Source: Actinomycetota bacterium (lineage in GTDB: Bacteria; Actinomycetota; UBA4738; HRBIN12). Taken from it: a stretch of DNA of 64,000 nt. The notes beneath the pieces are model-generated. The model had not been told where the DNA came from. It made no database searches and saw only the letters and a program-made list of their open reading frames with translations. The stretch is taken from positions 7,649 to 71,648 of the forward strand of contig DATLZM010000004.1 of assembly GCA_035573995.1 (NCBI GenBank), in the 5' to 3' direction. This document shows, piece after piece, positions 1 through 8,015 of this stretch. The translations under genes were made by a program, and so were the position numbers. How positions within the stretch are numbered: the first letter of the stretch is position 1; every line of letters starts with the position of its first letter.

Positions 1-179
1 AGGCCCGGCCGGGTGAGTTCGGCCCGCATGAGGAGGGCCATGAGGCCCCCGGCCAGCAGGAAGGCCAGGGAGGTGGCGCAGTAGAGGAGCCCGATGTCCT
101 TGTGGTTGGTCGTGGTGAGCCACCGGACCAGGCCGGCCCGGGCCGGGGCGGGGGCGGGGCGTTCGGCCAGGATCCTCAC
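1..179 (-). CDS. ctaD: cytochrome c oxidase subunit I, N-terminal fragment (gene continues beyond window start)
   Basis: Own minus-strand translation from GTG at 177-179: VRILAERPAPAPARAGLVRWLTTTNHKDIGLLYCATSLAFLLAGGLMALLMRAELTRPG. WLTTTNHKDIG plus the first TM helix is the conserved CoxI N-terminus. GTGA start/stop overlap with the upstream subunit II gene. Confidence 0.85.
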   Translation of the reverse strand, partial: MRILAERPAPAPARAGLVRWLTTTNHKDIGLLYCATSLAFLLAGGLMALLMRAELTRPG

Positions 180-949
180 GATGCCCCTCTCTGGGCCGCC
201 GCCCACCGTTCGAATTCCTGGGGGCTCACGGCCTGGATGAAGAACACCATGCGGTCGTGGTCCAGGCCGCAGAACTCCGCGCAGGCCCCCCGGAAGCGGC
301 CCGGCCGGGGAATGGTGAACTCGAACCGGTTGGTGACCCCCGGGATGGCGTCCCGCTTGAAGAGGAACTCCGGCACGTAGAAGGCGTGGATCACATCTAG
401 GGCGTGGAGGTCCACCCGCACGGGCTCCCCCACCGGGAGGACCACGGTGGCCGGACGGTCCGGGGTCCCCACCACCTCCACCCCCAGCTCGGGGTAGGTG
501 AACCGCCACTGCCACTGGAAGGCGTCCACCCGGAGGGCCACCGTGGAGCCCGAGTCCACGGCCGTCACCCGGCGGTCGGTTCGGACCGTGAAGGCGAACA
601 GGGCCAGGACGAGCAGGACCGGGATCACGGTGTAGGCCACCTCGGCGGGCACGTGGTAGCGGGTCTGTCTGGGCAAGGCCTCGGACCGCCGCCGGTAGCG
701 GACCACGGCCCAGAGGATCAGGGCGTAGGTGAGCCCGCCCACCCCCAGGGCGAAGTAGACGAACAGCCGGTAGAGGTCGGAGATGGCCCTCCCCTCCTCG
801 GTGGCTCCCGGGGGGGCTCCGAACCGGCAGGCAGCCAGGGCCACGAGCGGGATAGGCGGGGCCAGGGCCGGCCAGCGCCGGCCTCCGGGCCGCCGCGGGG
901 CAGCCCGGAGCCTCGCGCTGATGGCTCTACCCTCCCCTGGAGATGACAT
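176..949 (-). CDS. ctaC: cytochrome c oxidase subunit II (CuA)
   Basis: C-terminal 257 aa of ORF 176..1297. TM helices, then CuA ligands HAFYVPEF...CAEFCGLDHDRM. Start placed at in-frame ATG 949 (MSSPGEG...); the upstream part of the ORF is Arg/Ser-rich and looks non-coding. Confidence 0.85.
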   Translation of the reverse strand: MSSPGEGRAISARLRAAPRRPGGRRWPALAPPIPLVALAACRFGAPPGATEEGRAISDLYRLFVYFALGVGGLTYALILWAVVRYRRRSEALPRQTRYHVPAEVAYTVIPVLLVLALFAFTVRTDRRVTAVDSGSTVALRVDAFQWQWRFTYPELGVEVVGTPDRPATVVLPVGEPVRVDLHALDVIHAFYVPEFLFKRDAIPGVTNRFEFTIPRPGRFRGACAEFCGLDHDRMVFFIQAVSPQEFERWAAAQRGAS

Positions 950-1064
950 CGATGCCGTCCTTCCTGGACGTGGACGCAGCCCGGGGGAAAGCTCCGGCCG
1001 CTTGTCCCACGAGGACTGACGTGAGACCCCGTCGGCCTTCCCCACGAGCGAGAGAGGAGGACGG

Positions 1065-2007
1065 ATGCTCGCGGTAGGGATCGACTGGGCCGAGGACGCC
1101 CACCGGGTGGCCCTGGGCCGGCCGGGGGAGGGGGTGGTGGAGATCCTCGTGACCCGCCGCCGGGCCGCCCGGGACGAGCGGCGGCTGCTGAACCGCCTGC
1201 GGGCCGACCTCATGGCGGTGAACCCCGCGGCGCTTCGGTTCGCCGGGGAGGACCTGGGGGCCCCGACCCTGCTCCGGCTCCTCGAGCGCTGGCCCACCCA
1301 GCAGGCCCTGGCCGCCGCGGGGGAGGCCGAGCTCGAGGCGTTCTTCCGCGCCGCCTACCACGGCTGCCCCGCCCGCGCCCTCCGCCGGCTCCGGGAGGCC
1401 CCGGGGCCTCCCACTTCGCCCCCCGGGCCCACCTGGTGCGGGCCAAGGAGGCCACGGTCCGCCTGGCCTGCTCCCAGCTCCTGCTCCTGCACGGGAAGCG
1501 GCGGGCCTGGAAGCGGCGGATGGGGGAGCTCCTGGCGGCCCCGCCCGAGGTGGGATGGGAGGCCGAGGGGAAGCGGTTCCCTGGCGGGGAGGTCTACCGG
1601 AGCTTCCCGGGGCTCGGTGCCCGCCTCGCCGCCAGGGTGGCCGGGGAGATCGGCCACTCCCCCTGGCAGTTCGAGACGCCGAACCCGCTCGCATCCTACG
1701 CGGGGGAAGGCCCCGGTCACCCGCCGCTCGGCCGGAGCGAGCTCGTAGTGGCCTCCCGCCTGGTCTGCAACCGCCACCTCTCGAACGCCCTCCAGGGGTG
1801 GGCGTTCTGCTCCCTGCGGGCCTCGGGCTGGGCCCGGGCCCTCTCCGACGCCCAGCGAGCCAGGGGCAAGGGCCACCACGCCCCCTCCGGGCCCTCGGCA
1901 ACCGGTGGCTCGAGGTCCTGTGGCACTGCCTGCGCAAGGTGAAGCGGTACGACGAGGCGACCCACGTCGCCAACCGCGAGCGGGCCCTCGGACGCGCCGC
2001 CGCATGA
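1065..2007 (+). mobile_element. degenerate IS110-family transposase gene (frameshifted, catalytic domain shortened; pseudogene)
   Basis: IS110-type segments lie in three successive frames. Frame 1065..: MLAVGIDWAEDAHRVAL...AVNPAALRFAGEDL. Frame 1436..1942: SFPGLGARLAARVAGEIG...LASYAG. Frame 1555..2007 ends ALGNRWLEVLWHCLRKVKRYDEATH. At least two frameshifts are needed to join them. Confidence 0.6.
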
Positions 2008-2068
2008 GGAGGTTGACGAAGGGTGTCTTCACGACCGCTCCGGGGGTCCGCTCACCGTGGCAGTTCGC

Positions 2069-3202
2069 TCAGCTCACCGAGACACCGATGGCCCGCCCGA
2101 TGCCGAAGGTGATGGCCGCGGCCAGGGCCCCGATCGCCACCTGCCGGAGGCCTCCTCGGGCCATGGGCCGCCCCGCCAGCAGGGCCACGGCCGCCCCTAC
2201 CCCGAAGAGGACCACGGCCGCGGCGGCGACCGCGGCGAGGAAGGCGGCGGCCCCCGAGGCCACCGCGTAGGGGATCACCGGGACGGCCGCCCCCAGGGCG
2301 AACGAGAGGAAGCTCGCCACCGCCGCTCCCCAGGGGGAGCCCAGCTCCTCGGGGTTCAGGCCCAGCTCCTCCCGGGCCTTGGTGTCCAGGGCGTGGGCCG
2401 GGTCGGCCATGATGCGGCGGGCCAGGACCTCCGCCTCCTCCCGGGGGATGCCCTTGGCCCGGTAGATGAGGGCCAGCTCGTTCTCCTCCTCGTCTGGCAT
2501 GGCCTCGATCTCCTCGGCCTCCAGGGCGATCTCCCGTTCGAACAGCTCCCGCTGGGAGCGGACCGAGACGTACTCCCCTGCCCCCATGGAGAAGGCCCCG
2601 GCCAGCAGCCCCGCCACTCCGGCCAGGAGGACGAACCGTCCCTGGGCCTGGCTCCCGGCCACCCCCATGACCAGGGCCAGGTTCGAGACCAGCCCGTCGT
2701 TGGCCCCGAACACCGCAGCCCGAAGGGAGCCGGAGGCGTCGGCCCGGTGCCACCGCTCCCCCCGCAGGATCCGGGTCCGCACCCCGGCCGGGGACAGCCG
2801 GGCCGGGGAGAGCGAGGCCACCACCCGGGCGTGGATGCGCTCGTCCACGGCCATGGAGGGCCGGGCCTCGGGCTCGCGGTCGTAATGGGAGGCGTCGGCT
2901 ACCTCGGTGCGCTCCACGACGGGGAGCATGGCTCGGGCCCCGAGCTGCCGGACCATCCACACGAGCAGGCGGGTCCGGGGGGAGGGCCGGTGGTCCTCGG
3001 GTCGGGGTTCGTGCTCACCGGCCTCCACCAGCTTCTTGGCCCAGTGGGCGGCGTGGCGCTCCTCGGCCCGGGCCAGCTCGAGGAAGATCTCCCGCTGCTC
3101 GCCCTCCGAGCGCTCGGCCAGGGCCCGGTACAGGAGCGAGCCGTCCATCTCGTCGGCCCAGTGCTCCCGGTAGCGCCGGACGGTGTCCCCCACCGTGCTC
3201 AC
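2069..3202 (-). CDS. Er-VIT1 / membrane-bound ferritin-like iron exporter (erythrin domain + VIT1/CCC1 domain), copy 1
   Basis: C-terminal 377 aa of ORF 2069..3853. N-terminal ferritin-like helices (LELARAEERHAAHW), then the VIT1 core (AAVFGANDGLVSNLALVMGVAG...SMGAGEYVSVRSQRE...). GTG start at 3202 (VSTVGDTVRRYREHW) is in frame (residue 218 of the ORF). Confidence 0.85.
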   Translation of the reverse strand: MSTVGDTVRRYREHWADEMDGSLLYRALAERSEGEQREIFLELARAEERHAAHWAKKLVEAGEHEPRPEDHRPSPRTRLLVWMVRQLGARAMLPVVERTEVADASHYDREPEARPSMAVDERIHARVVASLSPARLSPAGVRTRILRGERWHRADASGSLRAAVFGANDGLVSNLALVMGVAGSQAQGRFVLLAGVAGLLAGAFSMGAGEYVSVRSQRELFEREIALEAEEIEAMPDEEENELALIYRAKGIPREEAEVLARRIMADPAHALDTKAREELGLNPEELGSPWGAAVASFLSFALGAAVPVIPYAVASGAAAFLAAVAAAAVVLFGVGAAVALLAGRPMARGGLRQVAIGALAAAITFGIGRAIGVSVS

Positions 3203-3309
3203 TTCCTGGACCAGGATACCCGGGTCGGGGCCGGGCCACGCCGGGGCCTGGTGGTGCGCGGCCCTGGCTGGCCTCCAGCGCGGGCGACGTGCGTCCTTCC
3301 CCGTCCGGC

Positions 3310-3810
3310 TCAGCCGGCGCTCCAGAGGGTGGGCTTGGCCACCATGAGATAGACGATGGCCAGGGTGAGGACGACGATCAGGAGCCCCAGGTTGCGGGAG
3401 CGACGGGCGACCTGCCCGTAGCGGCCCGCCAGGGCTCGGTCGTCGGGGTGGGCGGCGAGCTCGTGGGCCAGGGCCCGCTGGCGGCGCACCAGCGGCGCGT
3501 AGACCGTGACCGCGACGACGGCCACGAACGCGTAGATGGCCACCCCGGTGAGCAGCCAGGCCGTCTGGAAGAAGGGCCACCGGGCGAGGAAGATGAGGGC
3601 GCTCCCCGTCCCCGCCTGCAGGACGAAGGCCGGGGTGGCCAGGTGACGGTCGATCCAGCCGATGGCGTCCAGGGCGAAGGCCCGGTGGGCGGCCCCCCGA
3701 CGCTCGCCGAGGAAGGCGAGCAGGCCGTAGGTGAGGGTGGGCCCCACGGCGGCGATGGCCCCAAGGACGTGGAGGAAGACGAACAGGTGGATCCAGGCCG
3801 TCCGGCTGAT
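3310..3810 (-). CDS. DUF2269-like small integral membrane protein
   Basis: C-terminal part of ORF 3310..5004: four hydrophobic helices (WIHLFVFLHVLGAIAAVGPTLTYGLLAF...). There is no ATG/GTG/TTG just upstream of helix 1. An ATC at 3810 sits 6 nt after AGGAGG and is the best candidate; the start is uncertain. Confidence 0.55.
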   Translation of the reverse strand: MSRTAWIHLFVFLHVLGAIAAVGPTLTYGLLAFLGERRGAAHRAFALDAIGWIDRHLATPAFVLQAGTGSALIFLARWPFFQTAWLLTGVAIYAFVAVVAVTVYAPLVRRQRALAHELAAHPDDRALAGRYGQVARRSRNLGLLIVVLTLAIVYLMVAKPTLWSAG

Positions 3811-3958
3811 GGTGCTCCTCCTCTCGTCCCTGGTCCGACGTCCTCGCGGGCACGCACCGTGGCCCCAGCGCTCGGCGGCCCCGGGCGCGCCCGCCGTCGG
3901 GTCATGGCCCGTGGCCGACCTGGTCACGGCGCGGGCCACCGGGCGAAGATAGCCGAAG

Positions 3959-5056
3959 ATGGGAACCGTCGGTGAGACGGGCCGATCGTCCGCGCCTACC
4001 CGGGACTCACGGGGAGGGCGATCGTCCGCGCCTACCCGGGACTCACGGGGAGGGCGTTCCAGCCGGCTGGCGGCCGGCAAGGCCCCACCGGACCTCCTGA
4101 CCGAGCTCCTCCGGGGCTTCCTGCCCCTGCCCCCCGAGGTCCGGCTGGGCCCGGCCGTCGGTGAGGACGCCTGCGCGCTGGAGGTCCCGGGCGGCGCGCT
4201 GGTGGTGGCCACCGACCCCATCACCTTCACCGCGGAGGACGTGGGCCGGTTCGCGGTCGTGGTGAACGCCAACGATGTCGCGGTCACGGGGGCCCGGCCC
4301 CGCTGGTTCCTGAGCGTCGTCCTGGTCCCCCCGGAGACGAGCGAGGAGGCCCTGCTCGGGGTGTTCGGCTCGATGCAAGACGGGCTCCGGCAGATCGGGG
4401 CCCACCTCGTCGGGGGGCACACGGAGGCCACCCCCGCCGTGACCCAGCCCGTGGTGGTGGGCCAGATGCTGGGAATCGCGGAGGCCGGCCGGGTGGTGGC
4501 CACCGGCGGGGCGCGGCCGGGCGACGTCCTCGTCCAGGTGGGGGAGGCGCCCGTCGAGGGGGCGGCCGTCCTGGCCCGCGAGGCGGGGGCCCGTCTCCGG
4601 GGGTTGGACCCGGCCACCGTGGCGGCCGCTCGGGAGGCCCTGGAGCGGCCGGGGATCTCCGTCGTGGAGCCCGCGCTGGTGGCGGCGGGGCTCGGGGCCA
4701 CCTCCCTCCACGACCCCACCGAGGGGGGACTGGCTGCCGGCCTCCACGAGGTGGCGGCGGCCTCCAGGGTCCGACTGGTCGTCGACCGGGAGGCGGTGGG
4801 CTGGTTCGGGCCGGGGCGGGCGGTGTGCGAGGCCCTGGGGGCCGACCCGTGGGCCACCCTGGCCTCGGGCGCCCTGCTGGCGGCCTTCCCCCCTGAGCAG
4901 GCGGAGGCGGCCGTGCGGGCCCTCGCGGACCGAGGCCACCGGGTGGCGGTGGTGGGCAGGGCCGAGCCTGGTTCGGGGGTGGTGGGGACCGACGGGGAGC
5001 CCATCGGCTGGCCGGACCGGGACGAGGTGGCCCGAGTCCTGGAGGGGACCGCGTGA
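3959..5056 (+). CDS. AIR synthase-related (PurM/HypE/ThiL-fold) protein, copy 1
   Basis: 365-aa ORF. GEDACALEV...VVATDPITF...RFAVVVNANDVAVTGARPRWF...VGGHTE...PGDVLV is the PurM-superfamily N- and C-domain pattern. Paralog of 59348..60370. ATG 3959 is the only canonical start upstream of the conserved AGK..LL..LL segment. Confidence 0.8.
   Translation: MGTVGETGRSSAPTRDSRGGRSSAPTRDSRGGRSSRLAAGKAPPDLLTELLRGFLPLPPEVRLGPAVGEDACALEVPGGALVVATDPITFTAEDVGRFAVVVNANDVAVTGARPRWFLSVVLVPPETSEEALLGVFGSMQDGLRQIGAHLVGGHTEATPAVTQPVVVGQMLGIAEAGRVVATGGARPGDVLVQVGEAPVEGAAVLAREAGARLRGLDPATVAAAREALERPGISVVEPALVAAGLGATSLHDPTEGGLAAGLHEVAAASRVRLVVDREAVGWFGPGRAVCEALGADPWATLASGALLAAFPPEQAEAAVRALADRGHRVAVVGRAEPGSGVVGTDGEPIGWPDRDEVARVLEGTA
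3985..4056. repeat. perfect 36-bp tandem duplication (2 copies)
   Basis: atcgtccgcgcctacccgggactcacggggagggcg occurs at 3985-4020 and again at 4021-4056 without mismatch. It is in frame in the N-terminal extension of the PurM-like CDS (RSSAPTRDSRGG x2). Confidence 0.95.
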
Positions 5057-5062
5057 GGAACC

Positions 5063-5120
5063 GGCCCCCAGGGGCTTTTTTCATGCGTGAATGTTTTTCA
5101 TCCACGCGGCGTGAAAAAAC
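5063..5120. terminator. AT-rich bidirectional terminator-like element
   Basis: Short GC hairpin (GCCC-CCAG-GGGC) followed by T6 at 5076-5081. The inverted repeat TTTTTTCATGCGTG ... CACGCGGCGTGAAAAAA ends in A6 at 5114-5119. It lies between the convergent PurM-like CDS and tRNA-Arg and is the only A/T-rich patch in this region. Confidence 0.45.
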
Positions 5121-5249
5121 AGGGTCCACCCTCGGCTGGCTCGGACCCCCCGTGCTCGCTGCCCCTTGGTGGGCGGTCTGCTGAGCCCCGCGGTGGCGCC
5201 GTCCGACGGCGGTCTGCACCGGCCCGTCGAGCTGGGGCCAATTCGTCGG

Positions 5250-5322
5250 TGCCCCCGGGAGGAATCGAACCTCCGACACGCGGTTTAGGAAACCGCTGCT
5301 CTATCCACTGAGCTACGAGGGC
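5250..5322 (-). tRNA. tRNA-Arg (anticodon CCT)
   Basis: Minus strand folds as a cloverleaf: GCCCTCG TA GCTC AGTGGATA GAGC A GCGGT TTCCTAA ACCGC GTGTC GGAGG TTCGATT CCTCC CGGGGGC A. 7-bp acceptor stem with one G-U. CCA is not encoded. Confidence 0.9.
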
Positions 5323-5366
5323 CCGCGGTCGGCTGCCCAGCCAACCCAGGCGATTGTAGCGAGTGG

Positions 5367-7169
5367 GTGTGGCCGGGCGGCCGCGGCGGGCACCCGCCCG
5401 GACACGGTACAGTCGCGCCCGTGCGGGGCTCCCGGACTTCCACCCGGGCCAGGGTGGCCCTGGGGCTGCTCTTCTGCGGTTACCTGGGGTTGGCGGTCGT
5501 GGGCGGGGCGCCGAGGTCCCCCGTGGTCCCGCCCCCTCCTCCGGGAGTCCGGGGGCCGGGCTGGGCGACGGAGGGCGCCCGCCTGTTGGGCCTGGACCGG
5601 CTCGGGCCCCGGTCCCTGGCGGCCGTCTTCCTCGGCCTCCTGGCCCTGGCCGTGGCCTTATTCGCTCTGCTCCTACTGGAGGGCTGGCGGGGGCGGCTGA
5701 GCCTCGGGGCCGCCCTGGCCGGCACGCTGGCCTCGGCCGCCGTGATGGTGGCCGCTCCGCTCCTCCTCTCCCGGGACGTGTACAGCTACGCCGCCTACGG
5801 CCGCATGCTCGTGGTCCACGGGGCGGACCCCTACCGGGTCCCGCCCGCAGCGTTCCCGGGGGACCCCTTCACGCCGGTGGTGTCATCCCAGTGGCTCCAC
5901 ATGCGGTCCCTCTACGGCCCCCTGTTCACCTTGCTGAGCGGAGGCCTGGTCCGAATGGCCCCCGACCCCGGCTCCACCGTGTTCGGCTTCAAGGCCCTGG
6001 CTGGTCTCTCCCTCCTGGTGGCGGCGGCGACCACCGGGGCGGCGAGCCGGGCCGTCCGCCCGGGCCGGGAGGGCTTCGCCGCGGCCGCCGTGGGCCTCAA
6101 CCCGGTCCTGGTCGCCCATACCGTGGGGGGCGGGCACAACGATGCCCTCGTGGGAGCCCTCCTGGCGGGGGGACTCCTGGGGGCGGTGCGAGCCGTGCAG
6201 AGGCCGTCCACCCCTCCCCAGAGGCCCACCCCGCACAGCGCGAGAGGCCTCCACTCCGGCCATCTCTGGGGAGCGGCCGAGCTCGCGGCAACCCTCCTCT
6301 TGGCCCTGGCGGCGCTGGTCAAGGCGGTGGCGGCCCTTCCTCTCCTGGTCTGGTGGTGGTGGTTGGCCCGCTCGCGGTGGGAGGCCCGTGCCCCCGCCTC
6401 CCGGCCGGTGGGATGGAGGCGTTCCCTGGCGAAAGCGGCCCCGCACGTGGGAGCGGCCGCCCTGGTCGCCGGGGCCGTGACGCTTTCCGTCACCTCTGGG
6501 TGGTCGGCGCTCCGGAGCCTCGTCACCCTCGTCTCCGTGGAGGGGTGGGCGAGCGGAGCCCGACTCGTGGCCCGCGGGGCCCAGGCCCTGGGCGAGGCCC
6601 TGGGCGCGGAGGGGGCCGCCGCCGCCCTCCGCCTCGCGGTCCACGCGGGCTTCCTGCTCGTGGCCGCTTCGGCCACCTGGGCGGTGCTCCGCCGCACGGC
6701 GGCACGCCCGGGCGACCCTGCGGGGTTCCCTCAGGGGATGCGGTTGGCCGACGCGCTCGGCGTCCCGGTGCTCGTGTTCGTCCTGGGCTCTCCCTACCTC
6801 CTTCCCTGGTACGCGGCGTGGTTCGCGCCGTTCCTTCCCTTGCTCTCCGACCGCGTCCTGCGGCTGGCGGGCCTGGCCTGCGCGGGGCTCCTGGCCCTCA
6901 CGGCCGTCCCGGCGGAGCCCGCCTCTGACCCGGGCTTGTGGGGCGCGAGCCTCCTGGCGGTCCACTACGCGGTGGCCCCCCTGGTGCTCGTCCTGTTCGG
7001 GGCGGCGGTGACCAGGGTCCTGGTGCCCGGCGGGCTCCTGCCACGCACGGAGGGACGCCGCGCGCAGCGGGGTCGGGCCCCCGGCGGGTCGAGCCCCGGG
7101 CGGGGCCCCTACGGCGGCTCCTCGGGCGGGCCCACGGTGACCTCGAGGGCGCCGAAGGCCTTGGCGTAG
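5367..7169 (+). CDS. GT-C fold polytopic membrane glycosyl/mannosyltransferase (DUF2029 / GT87-MptB-like)
   Basis: 600-aa ORF with more than 10 hydrophobic helices and the loop motif LLLSRDVYSYAAYGRMLVVHGADPY typical of polyprenol-phosphate-mannose-dependent transferases. Start uncertain (GTG 5367 or GTG 5421). The 3' end overlaps the convergent SAF/CpaB gene by about 60 nt. Confidence 0.7.
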   Translation: MWPGGRGGHPPGHGTVAPVRGSRTSTRARVALGLLFCGYLGLAVVGGAPRSPVVPPPPPGVRGPGWATEGARLLGLDRLGPRSLAAVFLGLLALAVALFALLLLEGWRGRLSLGAALAGTLASAAVMVAAPLLLSRDVYSYAAYGRMLVVHGADPYRVPPAAFPGDPFTPVVSSQWLHMRSLYGPLFTLLSGGLVRMAPDPGSTVFGFKALAGLSLLVAAATTGAASRAVRPGREGFAAAAVGLNPVLVAHTVGGGHNDALVGALLAGGLLGAVRAVQRPSTPPQRPTPHSARGLHSGHLWGAAELAATLLLALAALVKAVAALPLLVWWWWLARSRWEARAPASRPVGWRRSLAKAAPHVGAAALVAGAVTLSVTSGWSALRSLVTLVSVEGWASGARLVARGAQALGEALGAEGAAAALRLAVHAGFLLVAASATWAVLRRTAARPGDPAGFPQGMRLADALGVPVLVFVLGSPYLLPWYAAWFAPFLPLLSDRVLRLAGLACAGLLALTAVPAEPASDPGLWGASLLAVHYAVAPLVLVLFGAAVTRVLVPGGLLPRTEGRRAQRGRAPGGSSPGRGPYGGSSGGPTVTSRAPKALA

Positions 7170-7789
7170 GCCAGGGCCGCCTGCTGCTCCGGGGTGACCA
7201 GGAGGAGCAGGACGGTGGGACCGTCCGTCGTGGCGGGAAGGGCGGGCAGCGGGCCCCGCGACGAGCGGGCCCCGGCCTGCCCGCTCACCGCGGCGAGGAC
7301 CTCCACCCCCGTGGCCACGGTCTCGGTCCGGGCCCGGGGCGGCCCGTACGTGGCCAGGACGTCCACCCGGTCCCCCGCCGAGATGGCGCCCCGGGGGAGG
7401 GAGGAAGGTACGGCGAAGGCCCGGAGTCCCGGGGGAACCAGCGACGCCACCGGGCCCGCCCGTACGCGAGCCAGCCGCGTGGCCGTCACCGCCTCGCCGG
7501 GGGCGAGGTCCCCCAGGGCTACGCGACCGGCAGCCTGCTCCACGCGGGCCAGGGCCCCGGGCGGGGCGTAGGCCCGCGGCACGAGGACCAGGCGGAGGTC
7601 GGCACGGGAGAGCCGCTCTCCCGCCCGCACGGCCCGAGCGGCCACCACCACCGGGACGTCCGGGCGGACGCTCGCCGCCACCGCGGCGTACCGTGCCAGG
7701 TGGGACCGGACGAGGAGCCCGGCCAGCACGGCCAGCACCACCGAGGCGGCCAGCGAGGCCCGCGACCTCCGCCACCAGCTCCTTCGCAC
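7109..7789 (-). CDS. SAF-domain / CpaB (RcpC)-like protein
   Basis: 226-aa ORF. N-terminal TM anchor, then VVVAARAVRAGERLSRADLRLV (SAF-like beta-clip) and a C-terminal LLLLVTPEQQAALAYA segment typical of CpaB. No other Flp-pilus genes are nearby. Confidence 0.6.
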   Translation of the reverse strand: MRRSWWRRSRASLAASVVLAVLAGLLVRSHLARYAAVAASVRPDVPVVVAARAVRAGERLSRADLRLVLVPRAYAPPGALARVEQAAGRVALGDLAPGEAVTATRLARVRAGPVASLVPPGLRAFAVPSSLPRGAISAGDRVDVLATYGPPRARTETVATGVEVLAAVSGQAGARSSRGPLPALPATTDGPTVLLLLVTPEQQAALAYAKAFGALEVTVGPPEEPP

Positions 7790-8015
7790 GTCTTCGCCCT
7801 CCGCTCGCCACGTGCCGGCAAAGGCCTCCCACCGCGGGGGGAAGGGTCACTCCAGCCGGGCTGTAGTGCGAAGGTCGTCTCGGCCGGGCCGTGGTGGGAT
7901 CGAACGACCTAGGGCGAAGGTACCCTCGTTCCTTGACCCGGTCTATGAAAAGAATCACCTTCGGAGTAAACCGGTGGGAGTGCCCGGGACTTGATGAGGC
8001 GAGAAAGCGCGTGCG

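Noticed and set aside
7880-7925. tRNA-like T-arm (GGTCGTTCGATCCCACC on the minus strand) in the SAF/sigma intergenic region
   Set aside because: I could not fold an acceptor stem, D-arm or anticodon arm around it, and the T-stem has a mismatch. At most it is a decayed tRNA 3' fragment, which is not supportable as a gene.
7812-7994. 60-aa basic ORF in the 226-nt SAF/sigma intergenic region
   Set aside because: It has no SD, no motif and an Arg/Gly-rich composition. The region more likely holds the divergent promoters.
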